A DNA stretch of 53,280 nt from Perkinsus chesapeaki ATCC PRA-425 (taxonomy: Eukaryota; Protista; Perkinsozoa): assembly GCA_013115145.1 (NCBI GenBank), contig JAAPAO010000202.1, positions 1 to 53,280 on the forward strand. The letters run 5' to 3'. Positions within the stretch are counted from its first letter, which is position 1; the number at the start of each line of letters is the position of its first letter. The notes under the pieces were generated by a model. The model had not been told where the DNA came from. It searched no databases and was given only the letters and a program-made list of their open reading frames with translations. The position numbers and the translations under genes are program-made. Positions 46,471 through 53,280 of the stretch are shown here, piece by piece.

Positions 46471-46827
46471 ACTGGTGTAAAGGACCACTAGTAGCAGTTG
46501 TACTGGTGTAAAGGACCACTAGTAGCAGTTGTACTGGTTTAAAGGACCACTAGTAGTAGTTGTACTGGTTTAAAAGACCACTAGTAGTAGTTGTACTGGT
46601 GTAAAGGACCACTAGTAGTAGTTGTACTGGTGTAAAGGACCACTGGTAGTAGTTGTACTGGTGTAAAGGACCACTAGTAGTAGTTGTACTGGTGTAAAGG
46701 ACCACTAGTAGTAGTTGTACTGGTTTAAAGGACCACTAGTAGTAGTTGTACTGGTGTAAAGGACCACTAGTAGTAGTTGTACTGGTGTAAAGGACCACTA
46801 GTAGTAGTTGTACTGGTGTAAAGGACC
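46471..46827. repeat. 31-bp minisatellite, about 11.5 copies
   Basis: Consensus ACTGGTGTAAAGGACCACTAGTAGTAGTTGT, head-to-tail with few substitutions and no spacers. Confidence 0.97.
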
Positions 46828-46840
46828 CCCTTAAAAGCAG

Positions 46841-48989
46841 CTATCGTCTCCGAGCAATATACCGTTGACGGAGACCCGGCACTTCATCAAATAGCCGTAA
46901 ATCTTCCTCGGCATTGCCATAGCCGTCAGCGAGGTCGGGCGTGAATGTTACCTGAGAGAACAGTCATCAATTCCCTCGATCCCTGTCAGCTGCAACTCAC
47001 CAGCTGGATAGGCGGCATTTTAACAGGAGCCGCTTGCGCTTGAGATCCTCGCCGCCGGAAGGCTTTGTAGTTCACCTCTTCGGGAGGGACCTGGAGAGGA
47101 CTTTGTCAGGAGCTGTGGATTTCAGGAAGCATACACAAGCTTCTTTGGCGTGCTCGTCGGGCTGGAGCCTTCGGGTGAACTGTCCTACTGGTATCGGAAC
47201 TGAGCCCTCCTCGGGATACTCTGCTGTTGCCCTGATAGCCTCGGATATCGAATAGTAGAATTAGTCATGCTCGTACTCATTCTGCAATCGAGGCCGCTTG
47301 CAGTGCCATCCACCACTGCCACTCAGAGCTCTGGTCTGTGAGTCACCCAACGGGGAGTGTGTCATGGCTCTCCGTCTGGTACCAGGCGTCTGCAGCAGTG
47401 ACCTCTTCGGCGAGGGGTCAGGCGCCCTGGCCTTTTCAGAGGCTACCGTTCTGACTGGACTAGCACTCATGTCGGTATCTGTAAAGACACTTCAAGCTGC
47501 TACAATCGCAGGTAGTACTTACCCTCCTCCACTATAGGTCGCTCTAGAGGTTTCAGACAAACCCTCGGCCGAAGCTGTGCGCTATCGACTTCCTCGCGGT
47601 CGTCCTGGCGGCAAAGCCGTTCTGCAGAACCTGAGCACATACACTTCATTCACTTAACTATTGCCGCTACCCACCTTCTGGGCCAATCAGGCCGAACCTG
47701 CCTTCGGAGTGTCCCGAGAGAATGCACGCAATCACATCTCCAGTAGAGGTGTAGTATGCGGCACCAGACAGGCTGCCAATAATGACCGAGGAGGGCTGAA
47801 GAATTCGCATGCGCGCTTTGCGCTCACGATCGGTTCGGCGTACCTTCTCTCCGTCAACATAGACAGTAGACTCTGTACTCCGCAGAGGCTCTGCGGTCAA
47901 ACAGGCTGACGTGAAGCGCAATGATTGGTCGAGACAGCGACAAGCTTCGGGACTCTGCAGATGAAAATGCACGCTGGTGAAGAGCTGTCGTCGGTTGATC
48001 CTATCGCTGGTTGAGGAAAGATACCTTACGAGTCTCAAAGCACCAAAGATATAAGAGTCAAACTTACTGTTCCAGCAGCTCGGCACACTCCTTTGGACAA
48101 AGCCTCGACGTTGCTGGTGGAAGATGATTCGAGATGAACCAGTGACGGAATTGTCTAAGTCAAGGCAGACTTAGGTGGCTCCCAGCGGCTCGTAGCCAGG
48201 TGGACTTCCTACTCGCTCACTTTGCCAGGATCCGAGCTCCAATCTGTCCCCCAGGCTACTGTGGTGAGATTAAGGCACTTTCCACCATTAACTAAAATGC
48301 CGAGTGCCGCTGAGGATGCAATAGGCTTCCCGAGAACCACTGCACTCAGAACCTGAGTGTGAAGGGTTGAGTGAGGCTGGCAACCAATAAGCGAGCTCAC
48401 CATTGGGTCGCTCGCTTCGGCCTCCCCCGGCAGAAGCAACAAATCCGCCGCTTCCACGGAGTCCACGGTTTGAAATCCCGCAGCCTCGCACTTGGCGTTG
48501 TCACTTTCGGCGGCACAGTCAACCAGCAGGGGGACATCGAGGACCCTGATTGTTGTGGAAATCCTACTGCCTTCGAGGCAGCCTGGCTACCTGAACCCCT
48601 CTGAAGCAGAGCCGATTTTGACAGCATCGCCACTCGCAAGCTCCATCGTCCTGTTCGAGGAGGTTATGTCCGAGCCGTTGAGATAGGTTGTGTTATACTG
48701 AGCAAAAACACTAGTCTGCCAACCGAGCTACACTCTCACCCTGGAGACATCTTTCACGTGGATCGATGGGCGCACTGCAGCACCTATCGGAGCTGCCACT
48801 ATGAACTCGCATTGCTTTCGCGAGATAGTATTGTCTGATAGGATGCACTATTATCACAGGAGTCGAAGGATGTCTACCGTTCTGCACTACTATGTCAGAT
48901 CGTGCCCGTCCCACTGTGGTGACCCCTAGTGGTAAAAAGTACAGTGACCGTGATGAGCTACCCTCGAAAGGCAGAAGGAGCCATACCAT
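46841..48989 (-). CDS. NBS1: Nibrin / NBS1 / Xrs2 orthologue (FHA-BRCT-BRCT, Mre11-binding motif)
   Basis: MVWLLLPFEGSSSRSLYFLPLGVTTVGRARSDIVV (FHA start); TYLNGS..ELASGDAVKIG; VLSAVVLGKPIASS (BRCT1); RRQLFTSVHFHL (BRCT2 start); EVNYKAFRRRG (NFKxFxK-like); acidic AEEDLRLFDE near the C-terminus. Confidence 0.85.
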
Positions 48990-49124
48990 CCCCAACGCTT
49001 CTGTCTTGTCTTTAAGCTTCCTCAACGACTATAACGCAGCAGCGGTAAAGTGCCACAAAAATGCTTAGTGAATAATGACTGTATGATAGGTAGAGCAAAC
49101 ACTTCATTGCATGCTGTCATTTGA

Positions 49125-52100
49125 TCAAGCGTGGTCTCGGGATGAGTCACCGTGGTCTCGAGGAGAGTTGGCCACCGCAGCCGTACTGACGTTGAAGTTG
49201 GTTATCTGGTTGATGACCTCTGCAGCCTGCCGCAGCACTCTGATCGCCTCGGTGCACTGGGCGCGGCCCTGGGCTATCTCTGGCGCCTCGTTGAGCAGCT
49301 CACTGAAGAGATCCTCCTTGTACAGTTGAGTGACGAGTTCTCGGTGAAGGACCTACAACAGGTAATCGGGGAAGCCTCCTACCATCAAAGGCAAATACCC
49401 TACCATATCAGCGCCAAAAGTGTTGACCATAAAGCACATTACTGCCTTAGGAACAAGATCGCAGATTGACCGTTTCACTATATTGAGGTATCTGACGACG
49501 ACCACAGCAGTAGCCATGCCAATGTTTCGGTGTTGGGGCAATACGATGCTATCAAGCTCTTGATGATGTCGGTCTCTATTCGCTCCTTCTCAGTAAGCTG
49601 GCTCGAGTGCACCGACACTATTGCAGGGGGCGCGGCCAGGCGGATGCCAGATGGGAGCCCTCCAGTGAGGGAGCTGATACTGTTATCTCTTTCGAGGCCT
49701 ACAATGGCCTTGGCGGTGAGAGGGCCGCTACTGGTCTACCTATCATAGGAGACGCAGTAGTGTTACGCAAGGGGCCGAGACTCCAGAGGAGGCCGCCGCT
49801 GCACTGTGGTGGATTGGCGGAAGCCAAACCAGCAACTGAAGGGAAGGCTTGGACACCAGTGGGAGTAGCCGTGGGCTTACTGGATATATGAGAACCACCA
49901 TTAACCCTCGGAGACATCGGGGACGGGACCGCTGATGTTGCTGATGGTTGGGCGTCGGTGTCCGAATGCCGAGAGAACTCACGACGCAGAGTCGAGGAGC
50001 CACCACTGTTGGCATTACTGCTGGCTGAAGTAAGATAACCATAGTACGGTGGTACAAAATGCAAATAGAGGTGCTACTATGCGCGCAAATCACGCAGAAA
50101 CAGATTTCGATAGTTATTCAGTTTCATTACAGACTTGTTTATCAGTAATAAATACTAATTAGGCACACTATGGGTTGCCCGACAGGCAGTGTTGAATAGT
50201 ATGAGCTATCGGTAATGGGCACCTTACCTCGCCAGAATCCAAAGATACCACTTCTCACCGCAGCTGTGCCGCCTGCACCACCGACCTCTGGAGGGTCCCC
50301 TAGAGACATACCCATCTGCTGCCCCCCATCCGGGGCAGTGCTACCGCACTCCGACCTATACTGACTATTCCTTACCACCCCACCAGAGCGGCTTACAATG
50401 ACGGTGTAGGGTCCATAGTGGACATAGCAGTAGGAGGCTCGCCTTTGGGAAAGTGGAAAGCTGCGCTGGCCTCCATGGTCGAATAGTGTGGGCTGTCGGT
50501 CGAGTAGGCCATGGTACCTCACAATAGCAGACAGACGACGACGCCGAGGCAGAAACGGCCAAGTGTGAAGCTACAAGCGTACCGAGCCGCTGGCCGGCAA
50601 GGCAGATCGTACAGGAGAGAGCGAAATTCTTCAGCAGAACGGTACACAGCGTCGGACCGAGGAGACACCACTGCCACCACCATCGTATCAGCTTACAAGC
50701 GCTAATAGCTCTGGAGCCGCCGATGAAGTCCGGATGGTTAGTGTTGATGTAGCCAGTCTCGATCTTGATGAGATTGCCTATCATCTCCTTGGTTGGTGCC
50801 AAACATGATGCCAGCACCGACCGCACCACGTCGTGAACGCGAGACCTCAGTTTATCAAACCTAAAACCGTTATTGGCACAACCGAACCACAACAAGATCC
50901 GCTTTGGCAACCTTCGAAATTCTGGTATGGACCGTATGGTGACATTCAGGCACTTGGTGAGCTCCGCGTGGACGAGCTCGGCGCACTGGATGGACGGAGA
51001 CAGCAGCTTGCTAATCTGTCCCTTCACAAGTGTCTCGAACGCTGCCTAAGAGAACGCTCCCCAAGTGATACCCTTCGCTGTTGTGGGGGCGGCACCTCTG
51101 GCACGAATAGGGGGCTCTTAGGGCCGTTGGCGTTGCGGATGCTGGTCCTGATGTCATGGTCAGTGAGGCCGTCGAAGGGATCGAATTGGTTCACAGCTGT
51201 GCCGAACACATCGAAAAATATATAATGTATTCTGGCTCCGCCCTAAGGGAAGGTAGCGGGCACATGGCCGGCAGCTTAGCCTCACCACTATGGCAGACGG
51301 GGCAGAGCTGCCGTCCGCGAAGTCGTTCCGATTGGCGTTGTTGCGACCCTCAATACAGTCAGCAAAGCATCTAGAGAACTTCGTGAATAGTTGAAGGATG
51401 AGGTTACCAGCCTGACAGAAGAAATAGTGAACTTTCGAGGGCTGGAAACTCCTTGACGCGGAGTACTCGCGACTGCAGCACCCCAGCAACTGTGCACTCT
51501 AGCAAAACTAACTCATCGACAGGTGCCTCGAGAGGAACTAACGACCAGCGTCTCACCTGCGTCCGGTCTAGCGCTTCTCCACCAATATATGTCCCATAGT
51601 TCATAAGCTCTATCTCCTGCTCATGTAGCATGGCGGTTACCCGATCCCTCAGGCCAGGCAGGGCATCTCGAATGTGTGCCATTAATATACGGTGTAGTTG
51701 ACGTGCCATATAGGCTGTGCCACAGTGTGAGGCAATGTGCCTGAGTGGAAGGCTGTTACGCCAAGTCGAGAGCCAAGGACACCGTAGTAGAGGTACCGGT
51801 AAGCATCGTGCTTCTTAAAGAAGGCCTCCTCGTTCTTAATGCTGTCCCTTATGGTAACTCCATTCTGTATATCCTTCTGTGATCGGCAAACCACGCCAAC
51901 GTATCCCTGTCGAAGAGGGTAGACCTGCCACCGCCGCCGCAATAGTGCAGCGAAAAAGGAAGTCTCTGCCCACCTTGCCGCTAATCATGTCCAAAGCATC
52001 GGTGCCTTCGTCCATGCAGTCCATTTTCGTGATGACTCCCATGGTCCTGTCACCAGAGGGATCAACCTGCCCCAGGATACCAGGCCACTCGTTCCGACTT

Positions 52101-52767
52101 CTATAACCCTTCTCGAAGCTTATAATAATGGCTACAGAAACTCAAGCCGAAAACGAATACCCACTAAGCTTTAATTATATCTACGAGGGAAGGCCAGAGG
52201 CCTGCAAGAGGGAGATCGCGATAGGCTATATAAGCCTATATTCTGAGGAGTACTGATGGGTCTACCATATACGGCTGATCACCAATTTAGCCTACCACGC
52301 CGCATACTATAAGGAGGCCCGTTGGAAATCTTCCTACGCAATTCCTGTTAGCACTGTCCTACCTGTCGGGCAAGTTGTAGAGAGTCGCTGTTGGCCAGGT
52401 CCGTATTAGCTGCGGTGACTAAAAGAATCGACAGCAGTCTGCTGGCAGACTCGACTTGCAGTTAGGCTTACCAGCTAATATTATGCAATTAGGTTTTGAT
52501 ATGTAGGACAGGACCATCTCCTTTATTCTAGCCTCGACGTCCAACGGCTGGTCCCCTACTGGTACCTTGGTGATGCCTGGCAGGTCGATGAGAGTGAGAT
52601 CTGATGAGGAGCCCAGTTTGCCTGTTACTGCTTTGCCTGGGTTACCAATGACGTAAGGGGAAAATATCTTGAGGCAGATCGGCTCGGGACTGACTCCCTT
52701 TGATGCGCCGCAGACTCTTTCGGTGTCCTCCTGAATTTCACGACGGATCTCCGAGAAGTCCGAGAAC
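49125..52767 (-). CDS. Dynamin-related protein (Drp1/Vps1 class), many exons, 5' exons not in window
   Basis: [104 protein letters not shown]; G1 P-loop and G2 motifs not found. Confidence 0.95.
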
Positions 52768-53280
52768 CTATCAGGAAAGGTGCATACACCAGCTGCTGCA
52801 GTGCTCGGGAATCTGCTAGGGTGGTAATACGGTAAAGTGGCAATGATGCATGAGCAATTAACAGTTACACAGCTTTAGATTATAGGATGTCTCAGAACAC
52901 TCAAAGCGTTGTTATGGCCAACTAAGGAGTAATAGCGAGTAGATCCAGTGAGGGCGACCCAGAGGAACACCAAATGCCCCCGGGAGATGTAATTGGCGTG
53001 TCTATTGCTATAGGAATATATTTCCTACCAAAACTAGTAACATATCTCCCCAATGGGAACCATTTCCGAACCTCCAAGGAACACAGCGAGAGTCTAGATG
53101 AATGCCAAATGGGTTGAAATGGAATTAAAATCGAGTATAGCAAATAGAACCAAACGAGGATAAGAATCGGTTATGACAGAAAAGCGAAAGGAACGAGGCA
53201 CACGTGATATGCTGGGTTCAGCAGTTGATTGATCTGTCTACTTTTGTGCATGACGTATGAGTCATTGTGGTGTTGGCTTA

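Noticed and set aside
46471-46827. CRISPR array
   Set aside because: Units are head-to-tail with no unique spacers, no cas genes, eukaryotic context.

Overview
Eukaryotic, gene-dense DNA with many short (mostly about 40-70 nt) GT-AG introns. Gene content (H2B.Z-like histone, helical-repeat RAP protein, short intergenic gaps, long same-strand gene runs) points to an alveolate, most likely Perkinsus; that assignment is inference, no database search was run. From left to right: (1) an intronless 4.1-kb ORF fusing a PHD finger, a C4C4 RING, a disordered linker, a FLYWCH-like finger and an intact Mutator (MULE) DDE transposase; (2) a spliced gene for an unknown protein with a mitochondrial-type presequence; (3) a duplicated array of four intronless aquaglyceroporins plus one relic, interleaved with a secreted-protein gene and a decayed copy of the neighbouring BET gene; (4) a roughly 32-kb minus-strand run containing a bromodomain+ET gene, several hypothetical genes, an OPR/HPR-RAP gene, pterin-4a-carbinolamine dehydratase, a DnaJ gene and a J-domain+SH3 gene; (5) a two-MRH ER lectin, an H2B.Z-like histone with a C-terminal extension, a DEK_C protein, a 31-bp minisatellite, an NBS1 orthologue and a dynamin-related gene lacking its 5' exons in this window. 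Most short ORFs in the supplied track are antisense or intron read-through artefacts. Multi-exon models were spliced by eye, so their outer coordinates are approximate where stated.
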